NCBI GenBank assembly: GCA_964016885.1
Contig: OZ024760.1
Coordinates: 5,084,001 to 5,148,000, forward strand
Source of the DNA: Eledone cirrhosa
Taxonomy: Eukaryota
Direction: 5' to 3'
Length of the DNA stretch: 64,000 nt
Below the pieces are notes generated by a model. That model made no database searches. It was given only the letters and a program-made list of their open reading frames with translations, and had not been told where the DNA came from. The position numbers and the translations under genes are program-made. Below, piece after piece: positions 26,270 through 38,600 of the stretch (position 1 is the first letter of the stretch; every line of letters begins with the position of its first letter).

Positions 26270-26340
<71 letters not shown>

Positions 26341-26616
26341 GATATATATATATATATATATATGATGATATATATATATATATATATGATGGTATATATA
26401 TATACACTATATTTGTGTGTGTGTGTGTATACATATATATATTTTTTTTGTATATATAAGTATATATATATATATACTTATGTATATATATGTATATTTA
26501 TATATATATGTATATATATGTATATTTATGTATATTTATATATATATATATATATAAGTATATATAAGTATATATATATATATGTATATATATATATGTA
26601 TATATATGTATATATA

Positions 26617-26681
<65 letters not shown>

Positions 26682-26800
26682 TTATATATATATGTATATA
26701 TATGTATATATGTATATTTATGTGTATATTTATGTATATGTATATATGTATATTTATATATATGTATATATGTATATTTATATATATATGTATATATACA

Positions 26801-26833
<33 letters not shown>

Positions 26834-26844
26834 ATTTATATATA

Positions 26845-26877
<33 letters not shown>

Positions 26878-27066
26878 ATTTATATATATGTTTATATATG
26901 TATATATGTATATTTATATATATGTATATATATATATGTATATATGTATATTTATATATATGTATATATATATTTATATATATGTATATAAATATATATG
27001 TATATATGTATATTTCTATATATGTTTATTTACATGTATATATATATGCATATATATATGTATATT

Positions 27067-27101
<35 letters not shown>

Positions 27102-27562
27102 GTATATATGTATATTTTTATGTATATATATATGTATATATATATATGTATATACATGCATATATATATTTATATCTATACATATATAAATATATGTATA
27201 TATGTATACTTATATGTATACGTATATTTATATATGTATATATGTATAATTATATGTATATTCATATATGTATATGTATATTCATATATATACATACTTA
27301 TATATACGTACATTTATTTACACATATATATTTAAATCTATATATACATATATTTATTTACACACACACACATATATATATATATACATATATTTATGTG
27401 TATGTATATATACATATATGTATTTATGAGTATGTTTAAATTTATATATGTATGTATGTATATATATATATACACACACACATCCATATGTATGTTACTA
27501 TCTTATCCATATTAACATTTACATATATTACCCCTCCCCCCACTAATACAATGCTAGTTAAC

Positions 27563-27685
27563 CTTGCTCTTCAACACAGTCCCGTTCATCACTGCCGTCG
27601 GAACAATCTTCAACTCTGTTACACCTGTAAGAGTTCTTGATGCATTCACCATTCTCACATCTATAAAGATCTTCTGGGCAGGTTT
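27563..27685 (-). CDS. LDLa-domain exon
   Basis: cag|AA ACC TGC...GAG CAA G|gttaac, 123 bp, phase 1-1. TCPEDLYRCENGECIKNSYRCNRVEDCSDGSDERDC. Confidence 0.88.
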
Positions 27686-27747
27686 CTGTTGGAGAAGAAA
27701 AAACAGATAGATAAAAAATAACGAACTCGTTAGGTACAATATATACC

Positions 27748-30217
27748 TCTCAACATAGACTCATAATTAGCCACCTCATAGTCAGGACGAGACGTATTCG
27801 ACAACAGAAGAGGACTATCCTCGGGAGAAAAATATGGAAATTAAAGAACCCCACAGCCAGTAATAAATTTATAAGTATATTACTTGATGCTTTTGATAGT
27901 AAGGAAGAGTAATTAGAGTCGTACAATATAGAGGAACAGTGGGAATTCCTGAAAGCTAACCTGCTGTAGGCGACAGATGAAACCTGTGGCTGGAGCAGGC
28001 CTATAGGCAGGAGGAGAGTAACTTGGTGGTGGAACAGTAAGGTGGAGAGGTAAATCAAGGCCAAAAAGCAGGCTTGGAAAGCATGGCGAAATGGGGGAAG
28101 TAGAGAAGACTATCAAGTGGCCAGGAGGGAAGCTAGGAGACAAGTGTACTTCACAAGAAGGGAAGCAGAGGAACGAAAGTTCAAGCATGTTCTACAACAC
28201 GAGGACCAAAAACGTGAGGTGTTCAGGATTGCTAGGCAATGTGTCAAGGAAAACAGTGATATTGTCGGCGAGAAGTGTGTCCTTAATGATGATGGTGTAC
28301 TTGCCATCACTGACGATGATAAGAAGGTAGCTTGGAAGTGTCACTACGAAAGGCTACTAAATGAGGAGAATAATTGGGAGAAAGACAGTCTCCCCCACAT
28401 CGACCCAATAGAGGGACCAGCAGTGCAAGTTGAAGGTAGGATAATAAGTAAGGCGATCAAAGACATGAAGACGGGCAAGGCGGCCGGGCCTTCAGAAATA
28501 GTTGCCGAAATGCTGAAATCATCTGGAACGGTAGGACACACTATGGTCACCCGGATAGTAAACCAAGTCATACAGAATGGGGTCATTCCGAAGGACTGGC
28601 GCAGCAGCATCATCATTAACTGCTACAAAGGTAAAGGTGATGCCCTAGATAGGGGAAACTATAGAGGCATTAAATTAATTGACCAGGTCATGAAGTCACA
28701 GAAAAAGTAATAGCGCTACTAATCAGAGAGCGAATTGATCTAGACGAAATGCAGTTCGGGTTTGTGTCAGGTAAAAGTACAACAGACGCTCTTTTCATTG
28801 TACGACAACTACAGGAGAAGTACCTAGCTAAAAGTAAACCCCTTTACTTAGCTTTTGTTGACTTGGAGAAAGCCTTTGACAGAGTACCCCGCTCGATTAT
28901 CTGGTGGGCCCTTAGAAAACTAGGTGTTGATGATTGGCTTGTGAGAGCTATACAAGCCATGTATAAAGAAACAGTCAGCAAGGTTAGAATTAACAACGAA
29001 TATAGTGAAGAGTTTAGCGTAAAAGTTGGTGTTCATCAGGGCTCTGTCCTTAGCCCCCTACTATTTATTATTGCCCTTCAGGCTATAACAGAGGAGTTCA
29101 AGACCGGCTGCCCATGAGAACTCCTATATGCAGATGATCTAATGCTCATAGCTGAATCAATGGCTGAACTAGAGAAGAAATTCTAAACATGGAAGCATGG
29201 CCTAGAATCAAAAGGCCTTAAAGTTAACTAAAGGGTTCTATAGAAATAGTGGACAGCTTCCGTTACCTGGGTGACAAAATCAGCAGTGGGAGAGGGTGCT
29301 CTGAAAGTACAGTAGCTAGAGTCAGAACGGGATGGAAAAAGTTCAGAGAGCTTATACCACTATTGGCCGCTAAAGGGTTCTCTCTAAAAATGAAACGCAG
29401 GCTGTATGATGCCTGCATACAAACAGCAATGTTACATGGCAGTGAGACCTGGGCATTGTGTGCAGAGGATATATGCAGACTGGAGAGAAACGAAGCTTGC
29501 ATGCTCCGCTGGATGTGTAATAGTAATATACATGAACGGCAAAGCATAAACGAACTAAGGGAGAAATTAGAAATAAGAGGGATCAGATATTGTTTACTCG
29601 AGAGAAGACTATGTTGGTATGGTCACGTGATGCGCATAAAAGACGACAGCTGTATAAAAAAGTGCAGGGCAATAAAAATAGACGGTAGCCACGGAGTAGG
29701 CAGACCCAGAAAAACCTGGGACGACTTGATAAATTCCGACCTCACACACTTACACCTCTCCAAGACAATGTCACTGGACCGAGATCTTTGGCGCTACACA
29801 GTAATAGAGAAGACCCACCTTACCTAAGTGCAAAGTGAAACCTATTACAGTCAGTAGGCTCCTCTAACAAAATACACCCCATCCCACTACCCCCACCCCA
29901 TCCACACCACCCCTTTCAATGTAAAGTTATGTTGGTACCACAACACCCAGCCCGAAACAAATGAGGTCGTGTAGGTGTCACGACAAAAAAACACACAGTC
30001 CACGCTGTAATGTGGCCGTGTAGGTAACACGGTAAAAACCTCCCAGTTCCACACTGTAAATGTGGTTGGTGTTAGGAAGGGCATCCAGCCGTAGAAAACC
30101 CGCCAGACAGTCCTATGCGAGCTAGACAACCACTCTTGCCTCAAGTGGGAAAACTCCCGTCCAAACCCATGCAAGCATGGAATATGGACGTTAAACGATG
30201 ATGATGATGATGATGAT
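27748..30217 (+). mobile_element. 5'-truncated RTE-clade LINE, same family as 9111-10935
   Basis: End of APE (QHRL), linker, RT (KGKGDALDRGNYRGIKL, QFGF, YADD), C-terminus, 3'UTR and (GAT)n tail. Several stops and frameshifts, plus a ~260 bp internal deletion at ~29230. Confidence 0.93.
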
Positions 30218-30318
30218 ACTCATTCTAGCAGGGCACCCAGCCTTTCTTAGTTTGAACACTGACCTGTGAGGTAAAAAGCCACATCCTATACGAGGTGGCT
30301 TTGGTATATAGTGTAGCA

Positions 30319-30667
30319 TAGGGTTTTCTGACCTTTTTTCAGCCAGCGCCCCCTTTGGGTGCAAACATTTTTTGTCAAATTAAATTTCAAATAAGATAAA
30401 GTTCAAATGGGTACAAAATCTAAAGCAAATGCGTGTGTGTATGTGTGTATGTTCGTGCATGTGTGTAGTTGGGTCTTTAATCATCAGAGGTCAATTTAAG
30501 TTGAAAGTGGAAAAAGTGTTTTTAAAATTTTTGAAAATTTGAAAGAAAAAAATGGATAAATGCCCCCCCCCCCCCCCCCAATGAAATAAAAACTCCCAGC
30601 GCCCTCCCCCCTTTTCAACACAACAGTGCTCACAAGGGGGCGCTAGAGCCCATGTTGGGAAACACTG
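30319..30667. mobile_element. hAT (Charlie-like) MITE
   Basis: Right end gttgggaaacactg (reverse CAGTGTTTCCCAAC), degenerate left end tagggttttctgac. 8 bp TSD gtgtagca/gtctagca. Confidence 0.7.
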
Positions 30668-30969
30668 GTCTAGCAGAATAGTCCAGAGATCTAGAGGTTT
30701 AAGCCTTGATAAAAACCCTGCTTGTCTCATAGTAAGAGCTCAGAAGATGATTATCAGTTTAACTGACCTTGACATCATGAACACCAGTGGCTTTGGAGAT
30801 GATTGACTATTAATTCAACAATAGGTTGGCACAACTGTTCCAGTTAGCAGATAAATCTATGAGTAAGCAGATGTGGCGAGCTACATATATTCCAGCTGTT
30901 AGAAAAAGCAAAATGAATGCTTCATCTTCGATGGAGGGATGACTCAAGAAGAGAGATATATTATTTTGA

Positions 30970-31235
30970 CAATCTCTGAATTGAGAGATCACAGCTCCGA
31001 TACTATGGGCATGTGATGGGAATGTCTCAGGAAAGAATCACTGGACAGATTTTACTAGCAAAACCAACTGGCGAGAGACCCAGGGGTAGATCCCAAGCAA
31101 GATGGTTGGATAACATCCATGAGCTTGGCTGGTCTCACTTGGGGTTGGAGATGGTTGCTTCTGACAGGACCTCTTGGAAGGAGTGTTTGAGGACTCTGCT
31201 CCAATGACACTCTCAGGGATAAGTGAGCGAAGAAG
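30970..31235 (+). mobile_element. 3' fragment of a different RTE LINE
   Basis: IERSQLRYYGHVMGMSQER...GERPRGRSQARWLDNI...ASDRTSW. Confidence 0.75.
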
Positions 31236-31442
31236 TGGTGTAACAAATATCATTTATACAGTATAAGCACAAAATACAAATATTACAATGATAACTGTGT
31301 AAGCAGTAATAACACTAACCATGGTATAGTTACACACTGTATGAGGTGACTAGTGCGGCCATGTGCGAGAACTCCCTAACTGTCATCAAGCAATTGCATG
31401 ATGACAACAATAATAGTGTAATAAATATAATTATATACATAC

Positions 31443-31790
31443 GTTTACAGTATTTCCCCAGAGCTCGGACATCATCAATTGTTATAAAAGAACTGTCATC
31501 TTGAGCCGTATAGTAAGCTTCAAACATAACAGATGTTGTGTTGTTTGGTAGATAGAGGATGGCTAGTTTCCAGTGAACTTGTTTCTGTATGGAATTGTTG
31601 TTGTTCCATATGTCCAGCATCTTTTCAGAATTTCCTATCTTAGCCTTAACTTTCAAAATGCCATTGGCAGGGGAAGAATTCCTGTAAGTGATGTACATAA
31701 ATGACATGCAGGGTACACCAGAGAAGTTTGGAGATTCCATCAAGGCTGGGTTATTTTTTGTTGCATTCGGTGATGCAAGCATGAATTCGT
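31443..31790 (-). CDS. MAM-domain exon (second part)
   Basis: cag|AC GAA TTC...TGT AAA C|gtatgt, 348 bp, phase 1-1. ALMESP...CMSFMY...GILKV...W...VMFEA...ITIDDVRALGKYC. Confidence 0.88.
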
Positions 31791-31918
31791 CTGAGGAGGG
31801 GAAAAAAACCAAAGCAAGAAATAAGCAAACAAATGAAATAAACAGAAAAAATAAAATAATACGTAAATAAATTATTCTTTCTGTAAATTTAGTAAAGAAT
31901 CTACTCTTGGGATGTGGT

Positions 31919-32132
31919 TCCTTTAGCATTTACATTGTTCTATATTTACTGTTGTAATTTCACTGTAAACACTTTATTTCACATAATTATCTCACATAAT
32001 ATTAAATCTACAAGGTTTTGATATTATTTATTTTGAGAACAATACCTTAAAGTCGGTATGAGGTCCAGTTATGGCCAATTTGAACAGAAAGAGGTGAGAG
32101 AATTCTGGCCATCTGGTTTAAATGCTAAAGGG
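31919..32132. mobile_element. piggyBac-like MITE, copy 3
   Basis: cctttagcatt ... aatgctaaaggg-TTAA, with the left end eroded. Confidence 0.75.
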
Positions 32133-32380
32133 TTAATCCTTTTGATACCTGAAACTGCCACAGGTTCTATGCAAAAAAATTGTTGCCGGTTGATTTAGTA
32201 ATTTTTGTCAGAAAATTATGAAGATCTGCAACCCACCAAAATAATAGGAGCGATACCCATATGGTTTTATGATACATAACTATCTGTGGTAGTTTTCAAA
32301 ATACAAAATCAAACCTGCAGGATTTGAACTGAGCTAAGAAGTGGAAAAGAAAAAAAATAGAAAAGAAAAGAAAAATTTAC

Positions 32381-32524
32381 CTGTATCTTCATCTCCCCCA
32401 GTTGCCGGTTTAGCATTAATTCCCTGATTTTGGTGCAGAATACTTGTCCAATACCAGAAATTGGTGGATGTGTTCTTATAACCACACTTGAAAGAGCTTC
32501 CAAATTGACACGATAAGGACGGAT
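32381..32524 (-). CDS. MAM-domain exon (first part)
   Basis: cag|AT CCG TCC...GAT ACA G|gtaaat, 144 bp, phase 1-1. SCQFGSSFKCGYKN...FWYW...P...DTG resembles the MAM CxF...CxW...W...DHT start. Confidence 0.85.
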
Positions 32525-32746
32525 CTGAAGTAAATACAAAAGGATAACTATGTATGTGTAATATATGTATGAATGTATGTGTATGTATATATATATATAT
32601 AAAAATCAAAACTGCTACTTCTGTTAGCCTACTAACAGAAAAAGAGAGACAAACACGGATAGAGATATGAACTCTTCTTTCAAAATATGTATGTAAGAAT
32701 TAATAATTTTTCTTCCACTTTTTATTATTATTATTTGTATAAATAT

Positions 32747-32850
32747 GCCGAGGTTAACTTTGCCTTTCATCCTTACGAGGTTGATAAAATAAAGTACCTG
32801 TAATGCACTGGGATAATTGTCGGCCTTGTGCCAAAAGAAGAAATAATTAT
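32747..32850 (+). mobile_element. SINE 3' half
   Basis: gccgaggttaactttgcctttcatccttacgaggttgataaaataaagtacc. Confidence 0.75.
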
Positions 32851-33230
32851 TTGTATAAATATGGAACTTAGCCATATTATGTATATCCGCAGTTGACAAT
32901 GTATCTAATGCTGAAACAGGTACCATTATTAAATGCGGAAGTATCTTCTTTATAAATAAATAAATGTTTTGATATTACACTGAAAGAATCTCTTCAGTAT
33001 TTTCTACTGAAAAAATCTTTTTCCTTTCTACTATTTGTTAATATATATATATATATTTATATATATATTTATATATGTATGAGAGCTGTTATATTTTATT
33101 ATTTATTTATCATACACAGAATTTGTGACCTAGTCTTCAGGTGTCTGAAGACTAAGTCACAAATTTGATCCCTCTTACAATCTGGAGATATGGCCAATAT
33201 TGGGCCTTGATACCTTAGGTACCGCTTTTG

Positions 33231-33274
<44 letters not shown>

Positions 33275-33367
33275 AAATGAATGAAGTAATTCCGTCGGAA
33301 AAGTCCAGGAAAAAAGAGTGCTCCATGTAGGTAACAGAGCTTAATAATGTAATAAACAACAGGATTT

Positions 33368-33427
33368 TTTCATTCTGATGATTGAAAGCAAAATGTTTTG
33401 CTTTTAAGAAACCACTGGTAAATGGAA
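33368..33427 (+). ncRNA. Hammerhead ribozyme (type I)
   Basis: tttcatt-CTGATGA-ttgaaagcaaaa tg ttttgcttttaa-GAAA-cc act gg-TA-aatggaa. Distal stem I atgtaataaacaaca/tgttgtttattacat spans 33347-33453. Confidence 0.8.
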
Positions 33428-33452
33428 TAATTGCCTTATGTTGTTTATTACA

Positions 33453-33519
<67 letters not shown>

Positions 33520-33652
33520 CATATAGTTTTATGATCTTAACTGAAGTTGATAGCAGTCGCCATATTTTGACTGCTTGATCTTCATATGAGGGAATAAACT
33601 CTGTGAGTGAACATTGCTAATTTTCTCCCTCATATTTGAAGACAATTCATTT

Positions 33653-33726
33653 TCACCTGATGAGATCAGTGATAATTGATGATGGCTTCACGATTGATCT
33701 ATCTCTTATTGAAACATGTGTCGTGA
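33653..33726 (+). ncRNA. Minimal hammerhead ribozyme
   Basis: tcac-CTGATGA-(long stem II region)-GAAAC-atgt-GTC-gtga. Confidence 0.65.
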
Positions 33727-34081
33727 TTAAAATGATTGGAAATTTTACCTTGCTTTCGGATTTTCATTTTGATATATATTTATATATATATTTATAAATT
33801 GCACCGGAACACTGTACATAATAATTTCATTATTATCATTATTATCATTATTATTATATATATATCCAGAGAGTGTAACGCGGAGTTACTGTAGGTTCAC
33901 CCGGGTGAGCACTGGATGTTTAGGTTCACGTCGGTATTGAGGTGTAGAGATAGACCTACACTCCAGGCGAAAACATTCCTCGTAATTAACCCACCAATCA
34001 AAACAACTTTTACTGACCAGCATATGAACATAGGACTTTTTCGGGTGCCATGTATATTCATTCTGTCATTACCACCACTGA

Positions 34082-34164
34082 GGTCCGACGAGCCATTGAT
34101 TACAGTCGGGCTAGATCGATACAGGTCGAACCTTGAGCTGATCAATAGCGAAACACGCGTCACC
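34082..34164 (+). ncRNA. Minimal hammerhead ribozyme, U4C core variant
   Basis: ggt-CCGACGA-gccattgat...atcaatagc-GAAAC-acgc-GTC-acc, inside a unique ~345 bp insert (33866-34210) in TA repeats. Confidence 0.6.
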
Positions 34165-34206
34165 AACCAATAAACATAATGAAGGAGTAACTATTCGTCC
34201 TTGTTT

Positions 34207-34525
<319 letters not shown>

Positions 34526-34542
34526 ATATATATATTATATAT

Positions 34543-34593
<51 letters not shown>

Positions 34594-34617
34594 TATATAT
34601 ATATATATATTATATAT

Positions 34618-34649
<32 letters not shown>

Positions 34650-34724
34650 TTTTGTAGCTGGATACCAATCCCAACATCAATGACTTTACTGAGTGTTGGG
34701 TGAATTTTATAGATAGATGCATAT

Positions 34725-35225
34725 ATATACAGACAGATAGGTACATAGGTAGATATATAGATAAAATATAGAGGTAGATATATAGACAGGTGGATAGGTA
34801 CATAGGTAGATATATAGAGAGACAGATAGGTACATAGGTAGATATATAGAGAGACAGATAGGTACATAGGTAGATATATATACAGACAGATAGGTACATA
34901 GGTAGATATATATACAGACAGATAGGTACATAGGTAGATATATAGAGAGACAGATAGGTACATAGGTAGATATATAGATAAAATATAGAGGTAGATATAT
35001 AGACAGAGAGATAGGTACATAGGTAGATATATAGAGAGACAGATAGGTACATAGGTAGATATATAGATAAAATATAGAGGTAGATATATAGACAGACAGA
35101 AGACAGACAGATAGGTAGATATATAAACAGAGATAAAGATAAGATATACAAACAAGTGGATAGGTTGATAGGTAGACAAGTAGATAAAGTATATAGACAG
35201 ACAGACAGATAGATAGACAGATAGA
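34725..35225. repeat. ~32 bp minisatellite (gacagataggtacataggtagatatatagaga)
   Basis: Direct inspection. Confidence 0.85.
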
Positions 35226-35238
35226 TGTGAATACATAC

Positions 35239-35346
35239 TACAGTATGGTGGCATCTCATCACTTGAATCTGTACAGTGCTTCACTCCATCACAGATTTCT
35301 GGTTCATGTAAACATTGGTTATCACTGGGACATCGCATCTTACATC
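35239..35346 (-). CDS. LDLa-domain exon (most 5' exon identified)
   Basis: cag|GA TGT AAG...TAC TGT A|gtatgt, 108 bp, phase 1-1. CKMRCPSDNQCLHEPEICDGVKHCTDSSDEMPPYC. Confidence 0.88.
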
Positions 35347-35401
35347 CTGGTAAATCAAAGAACGAAATGTTAGTGTTTATTACTAGTAATGTAAAATTTA
35401 G

Positions 35402-35515
35402 AGCGGTGGGTTGGCAGAATCCTAAGAGCACTGAACAAACTGCTTCGTGGTATTTAGTTACGACCTTTTACATTCTGAGTTCAAGTTCCACTGTGGTCAA
35501 CATTGCCTTTCATAC
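35402..35515 (+). mobile_element. tRNA-derived SINE 5' part
   Basis: gcggtgggttggcagaatc...ttctgagttcaagttcc...ttgcctttcat. Confidence 0.7.
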
Positions 35516-35616
35516 CTCTGAGAGTCACTCATGGAGAAAGCCCACAAAAAGCCACGGTAACCTTTACCATTAGAGAAAATACCCTCTCTTAATTGTCTTC
35601 CAATTTACAGGTGCAT

Positions 35617-38600
35617 ACTCAGAGCAAGTCCAGTCACTCAGACCATGCTTGGCTCTCTCTCTCTCTCACCCACCTTTCAACTCAGAGCAAGTCCAGTCAC
35701 TCAGACCATGCTTGGCTCTCTCTCTCTCTCTCACCTTTCAACTCAGAGCAAGTCCAGTCACTCAGACCATGCTTGGCTCTCTCTCTCTCTCACCCACCTT
35801 TCAACTCAGAGCAAGTCCAGTCACTCAGACCATGCTTGGCTCTCTCTCTCTCTCACCCACCTTTCAACTCAGAGCAAGTCCAGTCACTCAGACCATGCTT
35901 GGCTCTCTCTCTCACCCACCTTTCAACTCAGAGCAAGTCCAGTCACTCAGACCATGCTTGGCTCTCTCTCTCTCTCTCACCTTTCAACTCAGAGCAAGTC
36001 CAGTCACTCAGACCATGCTTGGCTCTCTCTCTCTCTCACCCACCTTTCAACTCAGAGCAAGTCCAGTCACTCAGACCATGCTTGGCTCTCTCTCTCTCTC
36101 TCTCACCTTTCAACTCAGAGCAAGTCCAGTCACTCAGACCATGCTTGGCTCTCTCTCTCTCTCTCACCCACCTTTCAACTCAGAGCAAGTCCAGTCACTC
36201 AGACCATGCTTGGCTCTCTCTCTCACCCACCTTTCAACTCAGAGCAAGTCCAGTCACTCAGACCATGCTTGGCTCTCTCTCTCTCTCACCCACCTTTCAA
36301 CTCAGAGCAAGTCCAGTCACTCAGACCATGCTTGGCTCTCTCTCTCACCCACCTTTCAACTCAGAGCAAGTCCAGTCACTCAGATCATGCTTGGCTCTCT
36401 CTCTCTCTCACCCACCTTTCAACTCAGAGCAAGTCCAGTCACTCAGACCATGCTTGGCTCTCTCTCTCTCTCTCACCTTTCAACTCAGAGCAAGTCCAGT
36501 CACTCAGACCATGCTTGGCTCTCTCTCTCTCTCACCCACCTTTCAACTCAGAGCAAGTCCAGTCACTCAGACCATGCTTGGCTCTCTCTCTCTCTCTCAC
36601 CTTTCAACTCAGAGCAAGTCCAGTCACTCAGACCATGCTTGGCTCTCTCTCTCTCTCTCACCCACCTTTCAACTCAGAGCAAGTCCAGTCACTCAGACCA
36701 TGCTTGGCTCTCTCTCTCACCCACCTTTCAACTCAGAGCAAGTCCAGTCACTCAGACCATGCTTGGCTCTCTCTCTCACCCACCTTTCAACTCAGAGCAA
36801 GTCCAGTCACTCAGACCATGCTTGGCTCTCTCTCTCTCTCACTCACCTTTCAACTCAGAGCAAGTCCAGTCACTCAGACCATGCTTGGCTCTCTCTCTCA
36901 CCCACCTTTCAACTCAGAGCAAGTCCAGTCACTCAGACCATGCTTGGCTCTCTCTCTCACACACCTTTCAACTCAGAGCAAGTCCAGTCACTCAGACCAT
37001 GCTTGGCTCTCTCTCTCTCTCACCCACCTTTCAACTCAGAGCAAGTCCAGTCACTCAGACCATGCTTGGCTCTCTCTCTCTCTCACTCACCTTTCAACTC
37101 AGAGCAAGTCCAGTCACTCAGACCATGCTTGGCTCTCTCTCTCACCCACCTTTCAACTCAGAGCAAGTCCAGTCACTCAGACCATGCTTGGCTCTCTCTC
37201 TCACCCACCTTTCAACTCAGAGCAAGTCCAGTCACTCAGACCATGCTTGGCTCTCTCTCTCTCTCACCCACCTTTCAACTCAGAGCAAGTCCAGTCACTC
37301 AGACCATGCTTGGCTCTCTCTCTCACCCACCTTTCAACTCAGAGCAAGTCCAGTCACTCAGACCATGCTTGGCTCTCTCTCTCACCCACCTTTCAACTCA
37401 GAGCAAGTCCAGTCACTCAGACCATGCTTGGCTCTCTCTCTCTCTCACTCACCTTTCAACTCAGAGCAAGTCCAGTCACTCAGACCATGCTTGGCTCTCT
37501 CTCTCACCCACCTTTCAACTCAGAGCAAGTCCAGTCACTCAGACCATGCTTGGCTCTCTCTCTCACCCACCTTTCAACTCAGAGCAAGTCCAGTCACTCA
37601 GACCATGCTTGGCTCTCTCTCTCTCTCACCCACCTTTCAACTCAGAGCAAGTCCAGTCACTCAGACCATGCTTGGCTCTCTCTCTCTCTCACTCACCTTT
37701 CAACTCAGAGCAAGTCCAGTCACTCAGACCATGCTTGGCTCTCTCTCTCACCCACCTTTCAACTCAGAGCAAGTCCAGTCACTCAGACCATGCTTGGCTC
37801 TCTCTCTCTCTCACCCACCTTTCAACTCAGAGCAAGTCCAGTCACTCAGACCATGCTTGGCTCTCTCTCTCTCTCACCCACCTTTCAACTCAGAGCAAGT
37901 CCAGTCACTCAGACCATGCTTGGCTCTCTCTCTCACCCACCTTTCAACTCAGAGCAAGTCCAGTCACTCAGACCATGCTTGGCTCTCTCTCTCACCCACC
38001 TTTCAACTCAGAGCAAGTCCAGTCACTCAGACCATGCTTGGCTCTCTCTCTCACCCACCTTTCAACTCAGAGCAAGTCCAGTCACTCAGACCATGCTTGG
38101 CTCTCTCTCTCTCTCACCCACCTTTCAACTCAGAGCAAGTCCAGTCACTCAGACCATGCTTGGCTCTCTCTCTCACCCACCTTTCAACTCAGAGCAAGTC
38201 CAGTCACTCAGACCATGCTTGGCTCTCTCTCTCTCTCACCCACCTTTCAACTCAGAGCAAGTCCAGTCACTCAGACCATGCATGGCTCTCTCTCTCACCC
38301 ACCTTTCAACTCAGAGCAAGTCCAGTCACTCAGACCATGCTTGGCTCTCTCTCTCTCTCACCCACCTTTCAACTCAGAGCAAGTCCAGTCACTCAGACCA
38401 TGCTTGGCTCTCTCTCTCTCACCCACCTTTCAACTCAGAGCAAGTCCAGTCACTCAGACCATGCTTGGCTCTCTCTCTCTCTCACCCACCTTTCAACTCA
38501 GAGCAAGTCCAGTCACTCAGACCATGCTTGGCTCTCTCTCTCTCTCACTCACCTTTCAACTCAGAGCAAGTCCAGTCACTCAGACCATGCTTGGCTCTCT

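Noticed and set aside
24530-27439. Ile/Tyr-rich ORFs here and elsewhere
   Set aside because: Translations of (TA)n microsatellite.
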